This document shows, in pieces, positions 55,042-63,779 of a stretch of 64,000 bases of DNA. The number at the start of each line of letters is the position of its first letter. Position 1 is the first letter of the stretch. Both the position numbers and the translations under genes were made by a program. Origin of the DNA: an uncultured Gammaproteobacteria bacterium (GTDB taxonomy: Bacteria; Patescibacteriota; Patescibacteriia; Magasanikbacterales; UBA922); assembly GCA_964435035.1 (NCBI GenBank), contig CAYSXR010000001.1, positions 144,192-208,191 of the forward strand, given 5' to 3'. Under the pieces are notes generated by a model. That model made no database searches. It saw only the letters and a program-made list of their open reading frames with translations, and had not been told where the DNA came from.

Positions 55042-55226
55042 AACTTCTCCTGCGACGACTGCAGGAGCATCTCGAAGTGAACGTGTGATTCGCTTCTGTA
55101 GGTGAATGTTCGAAGACAATCACACAAACCGGGGGAAGTGCGCTCGCTACTACAGCGACCGCTTCCTCCCCTCTACTCTGAATTCAAGTACGATCTTGAG
55201 AATAGAGTAGAAGGGCACGCTAGAAT

Positions 55227-55248
55227 AACCGCACTATGCGGTTTTTTT
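55227..55248 (+). terminator. Rho-independent terminator at right edge of island
   Basis: aaccgca-cta-tgcggtt followed by ttttt. Confidence 0.8.
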
Positions 55249-55253
55249 GTTAT

Positions 55254-55355
55254 GTCATTCCGAGCGAGTGCACCCGAGCCGAGGAATCTTTCCTGTATAA
55301 GACCATGTAAGAAAGATTCCTCGACTCCCTCGGAGACTCGGTCGCTCGGAATGAC
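55254..55355. repeat. Palindromic MITE-like element (family D, solo copy)
   Basis: Perfect 14-bp termini gtcattccgagcga / tcgctcggaatgac and inner 13-bp inverted repeat cgaggaatctttc / gaaagattcctcg. Its arms match the arms of the copies at 61107 and 61583. Confidence 0.75.
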
Positions 55356-55416
55356 TATCGTCACTTTTTCTTTTTTTAATTTCCCCCTTGCTTGTGATAT
55401 ACTTATCTAGAATTTT

Positions 55417-56493
55417 ATGAAACAAATCCATGTCGTGCATATCATTCCCAAGCTTGGTTTCGGTGGAGCCGAGCGTTTTGTGGTTGAACTTGCCAAGCAT
55501 ATGCCATCCAAGAATATCCGCCAGTCAATTATTACCCTGTGGGATGATCGTCCGCTGATGAAGGAATTACCTGATTCAGTTTCGTGCACCGTGTTTCCTT
55601 TTGATCGTATCGGATATATACATCGGATTCCAAAGCTTACAAAAATGCTTCGAGAAATGCAGGCTGATATAGTGCATACACATCTTTTTAGTGCAGATCT
55701 ATGGGGGAGGCTTGCAGCAAAGTCACTGGGGATTCCGGTAGTTACGACTGAACATAATATCAATGTAGGAGAATCGTGGCTCTGGGGAAGAATCAAACGT
55801 GCAATGAAAAAATATTCTCGCGTGTACACCGCACCATCAAGTGCTGTTCGAGAGTATATGAAAACGGCGTATGGGATTGCAGTTGAAAATACTCGAGTGA
55901 TTATGCATGGTATCGAATTAGAACATTTTATCAAAATAAAACCTGCAGCTTTTGCCCCACCATACAAGCTACTCATGATGGGAAGAATGGTAGAACAAAA
56001 AGGGCATTCAATTGCGCTTGATGCATTACAAAAAATTAGAGATATTTCGTGTACGCTTACGATGGTGGGTGATGGAGAAAAAAAAGAATCGCTCATGCAC
56101 TATGCAAAAGAATTAGGAGTAAGTGATCGAGTGATATGGAAATCAGCCACCGAGAATGTGTCGAGAGAATATGCAACAGCAGACATCGTACTCGTTCCAT
56201 CACGATGGGAAGGATTGGGAATTGTGGTATTTGAAGCGCTCGCAAGTGAGAGATTGGTAATCGGATCTCGGGTCGGAGGAATTCCTGAAATTATTATTGA
56301 TGGAGAAAATGGTCGATTGATTCCCGTAGAAAATAGCGACGCACTTGCAGATGCAATTCGGGCAAGTGTGAAAAATCAATTAGCTTCAAAAAAAATTGCA
56401 AAGCAGGGTCGTGTCTGGGTAAAAGAACAAGGAAGTGTTGCACGTATGACTGAAGCATATGAGGCACTGTATCAGGAAGTAGTAAAAAAATAA
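55417..56493 (+). CDS. Glycosyltransferase family 4 (GT-B)
   Basis: 358 aa with N-terminal GGAERFV and a C-terminal EGLGIVVFEALASERLVIGSRVGGIPEII (E-x7-E region). Confidence 0.85.
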   Translation: MKQIHVVHIIPKLGFGGAERFVVELAKHMPSKNIRQSIITLWDDRPLMKELPDSVSCTVFPFDRIGYIHRIPKLTKMLREMQADIVHTHLFSADLWGRLAAKSLGIPVVTTEHNINVGESWLWGRIKRAMKKYSRVYTAPSSAVREYMKTAYGIAVENTRVIMHGIELEHFIKIKPAAFAPPYKLLMMGRMVEQKGHSIALDALQKIRDISCTLTMVGDGEKKESLMHYAKELGVSDRVIWKSATENVSREYATADIVLVPSRWEGLGIVVFEALASERLVIGSRVGGIPEIIIDGENGRLIPVENSDALADAIRASVKNQLASKKIAKQGRVWVKEQGSVARMTEAYEALYQEVVKK

Positions 56494-56500
56494 TCTACGT

Positions 56501-57976
56501 ATGGCTGAAGCGACGACTTCAAAATTTACCTGGTTTCTCGGTGTTTCCACACTTATGGTGGCACTTATTTTTGCTATCATGTTGAAGGGGAATATAGTGG
56601 TTGCAGCCATCCTTGGGTTTTTGATAATTTTATTTTTTTCCTATCATTTGGAAATTGGTCTGTATGTATTACTCATTCTCTATCCACTCATCGGATGGGA
56701 ATTCCATGCAAATATGTTTCGGGGACTACTCGGTTCGAGTTCTACGGTGCTTGAATTCTATGCGCCGATGGTCGATGTGTGGGCACTTCTTATGGTTGGT
56801 GCATATGTCTTTTATCTAATTCGCAAGTGGCTGTATGGCGAGAAGCATCGGATTTACCTGCCCGAATTTGGATGGTATTCATTATTTATTATCTCAGCAG
56901 TACTGTCTCTGATAAATGTTGCAGGGTGGGAATTACAGACAAGTGTTTCGTATATTGTCCGTTTCCTCTTGTTTGTGTATCTAGCATATGTAGTACTTGG
57001 TACAAATATTATGCGTACCAAAAAAATATTACATCGTGCACTTGAAGTCGTCGTATGGATTAGTGTGCTTGGTGCACTATTAGGACTTCTCTCGTTTGCG
57101 ATTGGTCCGGGGCGTGGAGTGATGCGTGCAGTTCCTATTCCTGTATTTGGATGGCAACCATTCAATTATGATATGGTGAGTGGACATATCCTTCTAGCAG
57201 AAGTGCTTGTAGTGGCATTCCCAATCGCCATATATCTCGCATTGAGGGCGAAAACTGATGCACAAAAAATTGCATATACCATTGCGAGTGCGATATGTGG
57301 AATAACTGCATTTCTTACCTTTTCTCGCGCGAGCTGGCTCACACTTATGGTGCAGGGAATGTTGGCACTCTATATATTTCGTTCGCAGATCAAATGGACA
57401 AAAATCAGAGGATATTTTTTTACCTCACTCCTATTCTTGATTCCGGCAGGAGCGTATATGGCACTGCTTCTACAGAGTGCAGTGGTATCGTCATCCAATA
57501 GTACGCGTATTACTCTAACTGAAGTTGCATGGAGTTTTTTTCTCGAACATCCTCTCGTAGGACAGGGTGCAGGAACATTTGTAGAGAGATTGCGTGATAT
57601 ACATTATTTTACGTATGAATTTGGCGCTCCGATTGATGCGCATAGTATTCTTATGAAAATTCTTGCTGAGCAGGGAATACTCGGGATCGTCACCTTTGGG
57701 TTGTTTATCGGATTATTATTATTTTCAATATATAAGCGAACAATTGCCAAAGAATATAGCGCTGAAGCTCGTGGAGTGGCACAGCTGTGTTTGTTTTTAA
57801 TCATTGTGCCCTTATTTTTTCAGATGTTTAATACACAATATTATTCGGCGCGTATGTGGGTACCATTCATGCTCGCGATTGCGGCACATCTCCTGTATCG
57901 CCACGAGCATGAAGGGGACGCATTCTATACGCACTTCCGTCCGAATAAATACAAGATTGATACTGACGTTACCTAA
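56501..57976 (+). CDS. O-antigen ligase/polymerase-like (Wzy_C) membrane protein
   Basis: 491 aa with more than 10 TM helices and a central FSRASWLTLMV-type loop. Confidence 0.75.
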   Translation: MAEATTSKFTWFLGVSTLMVALIFAIMLKGNIVVAAILGFLIILFFSYHLEIGLYVLLILYPLIGWEFHANMFRGLLGSSSTVLEFYAPMVDVWALLMVGAYVFYLIRKWLYGEKHRIYLPEFGWYSLFIISAVLSLINVAGWELQTSVSYIVRFLLFVYLAYVVLGTNIMRTKKILHRALEVVVWISVLGALLGLLSFAIGPGRGVMRAVPIPVFGWQPFNYDMVSGHILLAEVLVVAFPIAIYLALRAKTDAQKIAYTIASAICGITAFLTFSRASWLTLMVQGMLALYIFRSQIKWTKIRGYFFTSLLFLIPAGAYMALLLQSAVVSSSNSTRITLTEVAWSFFLEHPLVGQGAGTFVERLRDIHYFTYEFGAPIDAHSILMKILAEQGILGIVTFGLFIGLLLFSIYKRTIAKEYSAEARGVAQLCLFLIIVPLFFQMFNTQYYSARMWVPFMLAIAAHLLYRHEHEGDAFYTHFRPNKYKIDTDVT

Positions 57977-57981
57977 ACTTT

Positions 57982-59061
57982 ATGATGACTATTGTGCAGA
58001 TTATTCCCCGATTGTATCCTGGTGGTGCTGAGCGCCTGGTCTTGCAATATGCAGAAGAATTCAGCTCTCGCGATTGTTCGGTCCATGTGATGAGTAGTGT
58101 GGGTGATGGCGCACTTCGTCCGTTGTTTGAGAGTACAAACGCAGAACTTATTGTAGGTAGTCGTGAAAAACACGGGGGACGATGGGGTGTATGGAAATTT
58201 TTAAAAAAAGAATTGCAGCGGATTCAGCCAGATATTGTGCATACGCATTTGATGGGCGGAGACATGATTGGATATCTCTGGAAACGTATATCACCTCAAA
58301 CGATCTGGATTTCGACTGCGCATAATGTGGAATTTCATACACTTTGGATCAAACGATTTGCATGGAAAATATTTTTGAAAAAAGTTGATGTAGTAATTGC
58401 CGTGTCTGACGCGGTAGCATCGTACTCCCATGAAGAGTTTGGTGTTCCAAAAGAAAAAATTCAGACGATTTATAATGGCGTAGAAATAGGGAAGTGGAAA
58501 AAAATTCCAACAAAAAAAATTGACCCGCGTACACCGGTGTTTGCAACTATTGGACGATTGGAAGAGCAAAAAGGACATATATTCGCGCTTCGAGCGCTTG
58601 CAGAATTGCAATCGCTGCCATGGATCTATCATGTGTATGGAGATGGAAGTTTGCTTAGCATGTTACAATATACTGCTCAGGCATTGGGGATTGCCAATCG
58701 TATTGTTTGGCATGGGAATCAGAGTGATATGGCGAGTGCTTTGAAAGAGATTGATGTAGTGGTACAGCCGTCGCTGTGGGAAGGGATGAGTCTGGTGGTG
58801 CTTGAATCAATGGCAGCAGGACGCACGGTGATTGCAAGTACTGCAGCAGGCGCAGGAATTATTGAACATGGGCGTACGGGATTTTTATTTGAAACAGGTA
58901 ATACGAAAGAATTAGTACGCACATTCAAAGATGTGTTGGAAAATCCAACAGATGTTACACGTATTGCAAAACAAGCGCGCACTTATGCAGAAAAAAATTT
59001 TGATATGAAACATCATTATCGTGCAGTGAAAAATCTTTATTCATCTCTTGTGTCATCATAA
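57982..59061 (+). CDS. Glycosyltransferase family 4 (GT-B)
   Basis: 359 aa with GGAERLV and EGMSLVVLESMAAGRTVIASTAAGAGIIE. Confidence 0.85.
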   Translation: MMTIVQIIPRLYPGGAERLVLQYAEEFSSRDCSVHVMSSVGDGALRPLFESTNAELIVGSREKHGGRWGVWKFLKKELQRIQPDIVHTHLMGGDMIGYLWKRISPQTIWISTAHNVEFHTLWIKRFAWKIFLKKVDVVIAVSDAVASYSHEEFGVPKEKIQTIYNGVEIGKWKKIPTKKIDPRTPVFATIGRLEEQKGHIFALRALAELQSLPWIYHVYGDGSLLSMLQYTAQALGIANRIVWHGNQSDMASALKEIDVVVQPSLWEGMSLVVLESMAAGRTVIASTAAGAGIIEHGRTGFLFETGNTKELVRTFKDVLENPTDVTRIAKQARTYAEKNFDMKHHYRAVKNLYSSLVSS

Positions 59062-59064
59062 GGT

Positions 59065-61074
59065 ATGGTGCCTGTCCGTCGGCTACAATACATGGTGTAT
59101 ACGCTGCTCGTGGTTTTTTGTAGCACCTTTTTTCAGATACCGGTACACGCGAATACTGCTCCAAAAAAAGCAAATTATTTTTTGAAATGGAGTATTACTG
59201 ATTTTGAAATGCAAGAATTAGCAAAATGGGATTTGCTTATTCTTGATATGGAAAATCAAATAACTAATCCATCAAAATTAAAAAAAATCAGAGAATTAAA
59301 TCCGGATATTATGATACTTGCCTATATTACATCGCAAGAAATTCGTGTGGATGCACGCGGGGGTCCGGGTGTAATGCGAGACCGTCTAGCGCGGGGAATT
59401 CCTGATGCGTGGTATCTCACCAATAGTAAAAATGTACCGTTCAGTTTTTGGCCAGGTACACACATGCTCAATGTTACTAATTATGCACCAGTCGTTGAAG
59501 GAAGAAGATTCAATGAATATTTAGCTGATTTTGTGGCTTCAGAAGTAATTTCAAGTGGTCTGTGGGACGGAGTTTTTTATGATAATGCGTGGAAAGATGT
59601 ATCATGGTTCACCGGCACCGATGTGGATTATGATCGAAGTAATTCTCCTGATGGAAGTGTGGATGCAAAATGGTATGAGGGGATGGTTGCGTTATATGGG
59701 CACACTAGAGCAAAGGTGGCGAGTAATATTATTATTGTAGGAAATGGACACACTGAAGGGTATGTCGAAGCACTCAACGGGAAGATGATAGAAAATTTTG
59801 AAAAACATCGGTGGAAGGATATTATGCAGACGTACGCCTTGAATCAAAGCGCAAAACATCAGCCCAACGTAAATATTATCAATTCAAATACGGGAAATGT
59901 GGAGAATTCTTACAATTATCGAGCAATGCGTTTTGGACTCACGAGCGCTTTATTAGAAGATGGATATTATTCATTTGATTATGGTGACGAGGATCATGCA
60001 CGTACCTGGTATTATGATGAATACGATGTCTCTTTGGGTAATGCACTAGGTAAATCAAGTTCACGAAGTGGTGCTGCTGACTATACTGAAGATATATGGT
60101 CACGAAATTTTGAAAATGGGATTGCGGTCGTCAATAGTACTAATGAAGTAAGGACCGTTTCATTGAATGGTGAATATGAAAAAATTCATGGTGTACAAGA
60201 TTCGGCGGTGAATGATGGATCGATTGTATCAGAAGTCACACTTGCACCAAAAGATGGTCTCATACTTCTGAAAACGTTTGAAACATTGAAGAAAGTAGTA
60301 TTTACCAATGGTTTTTTTGCTCGCTTTTTCAAGCCTACGGGAGAGCGTGCACGAAATGGTATGTTTGTATTCGAAGAAGGTCAGGAAGGTGGCGCGCAAA
60401 TTGCACATCTTGATCTTGATTTTAATAATAAAGAAGAATTGATTATCGTAGATAATAACAAAATTTTGGCCTGGAGAGATGATGAGCAGCCATTATTCAA
60501 AATATATCCGTATGGAGCGAATTACACAGGCTCACTGCAGGTTGCAGTAGGCGACTTGAATAACGATGGTTTTTATGAGATCTATGTGGCGCCGAGTGCG
60601 GGATTCAAAGAACCAATTCGTGCGTACAATCGTCATGGAGATGTGGTGGTATCTGATTTTTTTCCGTTTGGAAAAAACTACAAGGGTGGATATCATATAG
60701 CTCTCACCAAAGCAGTCGAAAAAGTTCCTTCACGTCTGATTATTGGATCAGGGACAGGAGTCGCCCCAACGATTACGTTATTTGAATACAGATTCAAAAA
60801 ATTAAAAAGTTTTACTGCGTTTGAATCAGGATTCCGTGGTGGTGTGAGTGTGGCTGCAGGAGACCTCGATGGAGATGGAGTCCAAGAAATCATTGCTGGA
60901 AAAGGGCAGGGAGGTAGTCCGACTGTGCGAGTGTTCTCCTTAGATGGAAAAGAAAAGTATAAATCATTCAATGCGTACACTACACTGTTCAAACCAGGAA
61001 TAGATGTCCGAGCACTTGATATTGATTTTGATGGGGTAGATGAGATTATGACATTGAGTGAAAGTGCGCTATAA
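59065..61074 (+). CDS. Secreted putative glycoside-hydrolase-like TIM-barrel protein with C-terminal FG-GAP/VCBS repeats
   Basis: Signal peptide. The N-terminal region (WDLLILDMENQ...PDIMILAYITSQE) resembles the GH114/GHL type. The C-terminus has VGDLNNDGFYEIYV, AGDLDGDGVQEIIAG and LDIDFDGVDEI. Confidence 0.6.
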   Translation: MVPVRRLQYMVYTLLVVFCSTFFQIPVHANTAPKKANYFLKWSITDFEMQELAKWDLLILDMENQITNPSKLKKIRELNPDIMILAYITSQEIRVDARGGPGVMRDRLARGIPDAWYLTNSKNVPFSFWPGTHMLNVTNYAPVVEGRRFNEYLADFVASEVISSGLWDGVFYDNAWKDVSWFTGTDVDYDRSNSPDGSVDAKWYEGMVALYGHTRAKVASNIIIVGNGHTEGYVEALNGKMIENFEKHRWKDIMQTYALNQSAKHQPNVNIINSNTGNVENSYNYRAMRFGLTSALLEDGYYSFDYGDEDHARTWYYDEYDVSLGNALGKSSSRSGAADYTEDIWSRNFENGIAVVNSTNEVRTVSLNGEYEKIHGVQDSAVNDGSIVSEVTLAPKDGLILLKTFETLKKVVFTNGFFARFFKPTGERARNGMFVFEEGQEGGAQIAHLDLDFNNKEELIIVDNNKILAWRDDEQPLFKIYPYGANYTGSLQVAVGDLNNDGFYEIYVAPSAGFKEPIRAYNRHGDVVVSDFFPFGKNYKGGYHIALTKAVEKVPSRLIIGSGTGVAPTITLFEYRFKKLKSFTAFESGFRGGVSVAAGDLDGDGVQEIIAGKGQGGSPTVRVFSLDGKEKYKSFNAYTTLFKPGIDVRALDIDFDGVDEIMTLSESAL

Positions 61075-61106
61075 AGTAAAAGCTTAAAACGCAAAAGTAT
61101 TAATGT

Positions 61107-61244
61107 GTCATCCCGAGGGAGGAGTGCATCCGACGATTCGAGGGATCTTTCCTGCATAAGGCTGATTAGGAAAAATGTATTTAAAGCTTAGTAAGGACTT
61201 GGTAGGAAAGATTCCTCGACTCGGGTGCACTCGCTCGGAATGAC
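61107..61244. repeat. Palindromic MITE-like element (family D, copy 2)
   Basis: gtcatcccgaggga...tcgctcggaatgac. The right arm matches the reverse complement of the left arm of 55254-55355 with one mismatch. Flanks extend the inverted repeat (taatgt/acatta). Confidence 0.75.
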
Positions 61245-61287
61245 ACATTAAGTAATTGTATTGGGTGGTAAAAAGTAAGGGGGTAGT

Positions 61288-61566
61288 ATGAAAACATACT
61301 ATGTGTATATTATGTCGAGCATTAATCAAACACTCTATGTCGGTATAACCAATAATTTATTCCGTAGAGTTTTTGAACATAGGATGAAACTCAATGAAGG
61401 TTTTACAGAAAAATATCAGATATATAAATTAGTATATGCTGAATACTATACAAATGTGCAGGAGGCAATACGTCGTGAAAAACAAATCAAAAAGTGGCGT
61501 CGAGAGAAGAAAATCAAATTGATTGAAAAAGATAATCCCGATTGGGTGGATCTCGCAAGGAATTAA
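61288..61566 (+). CDS. GIY-YIG nuclease family protein (small, stand-alone)
   Basis: 92 aa: YYVYIMSS..QTLYVGITNNLFRRVFEHRMK...E...REKQIKKW. Confidence 0.8.
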   Translation: MKTYYVYIMSSINQTLYVGITNNLFRRVFEHRMKLNEGFTEKYQIYKLVYAEYYTNVQEAIRREKQIKKWRREKKIKLIEKDNPDWVDLARN

Positions 61567-61582
61567 TGGTGTGATTGGTATT

Positions 61583-61719
61583 GTCATTCCGAGCGACCGA
61601 GTCTTCGAGGGAGTCGAGGAATCTTTCCTGTATAGTATTCTGTAAAAAAATGTAACTATAGTTTGGTAAATACTTTGCAGGAAAGATTTCTCGACTCGGG
61701 TGCACTCACTCGAAATGAC
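61583..61719. repeat. Palindromic MITE-like element (family D, copy 3)
   Basis: gtcattccgagcgaccgagtcttcgagggagtcgaggaatctttcctg ... caggaaagatttctcgactcgggtgcactcactcgaaatgac. It has the same two arm types as the 55254 copy, in inverted order. Confidence 0.75.
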
Positions 61720-61794
61720 AGTGAATAGCTCGGAATCAGGTCACAGAAGTTGCAAATATGCTTGGATCAAGTATCATTACCTTGAAGAATAAGA

Positions 61795-61843
61795 AGTTTT
61801 AAATTTTTAGTTTCAGTTTTGAACTTTGAGTTTTAAGTTTTGA
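61795..61843. repeat. A/T-word intergenic repeat (family C, copy 3)
   Basis: Contains the exact 20-mer gttttgaactttgagtttta (61816-61835) also found at 42151-42170. Confidence 0.55.
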
Positions 61844-61854
61844 GATAGATATCT

Positions 61855-63705
61855 ATGAAATACGTTGAGAATCATCTAACCAAACATCACCTCCTCCACG
61901 CTCCTCATCGATGGTTCTTCGCATTTCTCGCATCCCCAATTCATTTTGCTGAGATGCACTATAAAAATCGATATCATCTACAGTTTTCTCACGCTCGGAA
62001 ACTGTTCTTATTCGACATTTCTTTAGTTGCAACACTCCTCGTCATTCTCGGAGCATTTCTCGGATGGAGTGTGTATAATCCTACCGTAACTGATCTGGTG
62101 TATGTATCAGTCACTCCGTCAAAAGATCGAATATTGAGTGGTGAATATGTAGGCTATACGATTGGGTATATCAACGAAAGTACAGTTCGACTCACTGATG
62201 CAGTGCTCTCACTTGAATTACCCGAGGGTTATATTGTAGATGCGACGACACCCAAAGACACGTATAATTCTGAATCAAACGAGTTTGTGCTTGAGAATAT
62301 TTCTCCAGGTGATGAGGGTAAAGTATCAGTCTCAGGCTGGTTTTATGGTACACCAAATATTGAAGATAGTATTCATGCAAGCATTACGTATCGCCAAGAT
62401 GGAAAAACACGTATCGAAGAAAAGACTAGTCCGCATATTATCTTTTTGCGCGGATCACTCCTTACTTCATCGGTTGAACTCCGGGAACAGGTGGTCGAGG
62501 GTTCGCGAGTACCTATAAAAATCAAGCTTACTAATGAGGGTGATGAACCACTGCAAAATATTTCATTTTCTTTTGATCCACTGATGGTAATTGGTGTGGT
62601 AGAAGATATGTCTGCAACTATCGGATCAGCAACCGAACACACATGGTCTGTTCCTGAGCTTACCCCTGGCCAGTCAGGAGAATTTACGGGAATCGTACAT
62701 GTTTTAGATACTCTTGGGCAATCAGAATATCTGCTCGAACTTGCTCCAGCATTGATAGTACGCGGTAAAGCTATTCCACAATCAATTATAAAAAAGAACA
62801 TACGTATAGCACAACCAAAAGTGCAAGTTGGTGCGGAGTGGGATGGGGGAGTTGCGGCTTTTAAACCTGGAGAAACAGGTAGGCTTATAGTTTCTATTAG
62901 AAATACTGGAAATGTTGAAATAGTTGATGGAATCGTAGAAGTTCCATTGCCAAGAGGTGTAGTAAATATGTCAGAGGCTGCACGAGCAAATACAGGATCG
63001 ATTAGTCAGAGTACGCTTGTATTGAATGCTGGAAAGCATAGTGGTTTACGTTCAATACAACCAGGAGAATCTCGTGTGATTGCAGTATTACTTCCTGTTA
63101 TTTCTACTTCAGATGCTGGAACAAATGTGGTATTACAACCAACGGTTCGATTCAAAGGTGTGGTCGAGGTTGCAAAAGAGGTGATGGTTGAAGATGTATC
63201 TACTGCGGGGTCTGTAAAAATAGGGACTGATCTTCAGCTAGAGGGTGAGGTGAGATATTATACCGCAGAAGGTGATCAACTCGGACGAGGACCATTACCT
63301 CCTGAGGTTGGAAAAGAGACCAAATATGCAGCATTATTCACCATTAGAAATACAACAAGTAATGTAGTTGGAGGGGTCTTTACCGCACGTCTTGCTCCGG
63401 GTGCGGTATGGACGGGGAAAACGAGTGTTACTCAAGGTTCGGCTCCTGTATATAGTCCTTCTACACGAACGGTTCGTTGGAGTTTGGGGACTATTCCCGC
63501 ACATGCTAATGCAGGGCTATTTTTTGAACTTAGCTTGACTCCGACAGAGGTAGATAGAGGTACTACACCAGCCATGATTATGGGTGCAGAAATCACTGGA
63601 TCTGACTCATATGTAGGGTATTCAATGGTTAAAACGAGTGGTTTTTTGGATAGTTCGTTGAGAACTGATGCTAAAGGTAGTCAAAAGGGTAGTATTGTTC
63701 AGTAG
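61855..63705 (+). CDS. Membrane-anchored surface protein with repeated Ig-like (CARDB/DUF11-like) segments (tentative)
   Basis: 616 aa with a TM helix near aa 60. Repeated motifs of the type ..(L/I)(T/R)N(E/T)G(D/N).. (LTNEGDEPLQNISF, IRNTGNVEIVDG, IRNTTSNVVGG). Confidence 0.6.
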   Translation: MKYVENHLTKHHLLHAPHRWFFAFLASPIHFAEMHYKNRYHLQFSHARKLFLFDISLVATLLVILGAFLGWSVYNPTVTDLVYVSVTPSKDRILSGEYVGYTIGYINESTVRLTDAVLSLELPEGYIVDATTPKDTYNSESNEFVLENISPGDEGKVSVSGWFYGTPNIEDSIHASITYRQDGKTRIEEKTSPHIIFLRGSLLTSSVELREQVVEGSRVPIKIKLTNEGDEPLQNISFSFDPLMVIGVVEDMSATIGSATEHTWSVPELTPGQSGEFTGIVHVLDTLGQSEYLLELAPALIVRGKAIPQSIIKKNIRIAQPKVQVGAEWDGGVAAFKPGETGRLIVSIRNTGNVEIVDGIVEVPLPRGVVNMSEAARANTGSISQSTLVLNAGKHSGLRSIQPGESRVIAVLLPVISTSDAGTNVVLQPTVRFKGVVEVAKEVMVEDVSTAGSVKIGTDLQLEGEVRYYTAEGDQLGRGPLPPEVGKETKYAALFTIRNTTSNVVGGVFTARLAPGAVWTGKTSVTQGSAPVYSPSTRTVRWSLGTIPAHANAGLFFELSLTPTEVDRGTTPAMIMGAEITGSDSYVGYSMVKTSGFLDSSLRTDAKGSQKGSIVQ

Positions 63706-63726
63706 ATATAACATGCTTGAAAGTGC

Positions 63727-63754
63727 AAAAAAACGCTTATTTTAGCGTTTTTTT
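63727..63754 (+). terminator. Rho-independent terminator
   Basis: aaaaaaacgct-tatttt-agcgttttttt. Confidence 0.75.
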
Positions 63755-63779
63755 GTTTTAAGTTACATGGATTGAACAC

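Larger units (their letters stand above)
61107..61719 (+). mobile_element. Putative composite unit: family D element - GIY-YIG gene - family D element
   Basis: The two palindromic elements sit 43 bp upstream and 16 bp downstream of the 92-aa GIY-YIG ORF. Mobility is inferred, not shown. Confidence 0.35.

Noticed and set aside
46650-55119. Very long antisense and alternative-frame ORFs in the GC-rich island, for example 46650-48065(-) 471 aa, 48097-48777(-), 49596-51464(-) 622 aa, 52957-55119(-) 720 aa, 50374-51066(-) and 53070-54122(+).
   Set aside because: Their translations are Arg/Val/Ala/Gly/His-rich low-complexity strings with no signal peptides, motifs or SDs. Open frames of this kind are expected wherever GC3 is extreme, because stop codons are AT-rich. 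The plus-strand frames chosen have SDs, signal peptides or lipoboxes, and repeat or domain structure.
46417-55253. The GC-rich island as a simple assembly chimera, with a contig from a high-GC organism joined to an AT-rich one.
   Set aside because: This is not fully excluded, but I consider it unlikely. The island is interrupted three times by AT-rich spacers carrying the same promoter consensus and a repeat family found elsewhere in the AT-rich part. The same GC-rich CDS plus AT-rich control pattern recurs at 15.4-16.4 and 19.6-19.8 kb. Both outer junctions fall in intergenic DNA with terminators. Read-level verification is still required.
55173-61705. ORFs crossing the family D palindromes (55173-55364(-), 55255-55500(-), 55102-55410(+), 61108-61329(-), 61514-61705(-)).
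   Set aside because: Their sequence is dictated by the inverted-repeat elements (peptides such as ..SERPSLRGSRGIFL..). They overlap real genes or terminators and have no start context.
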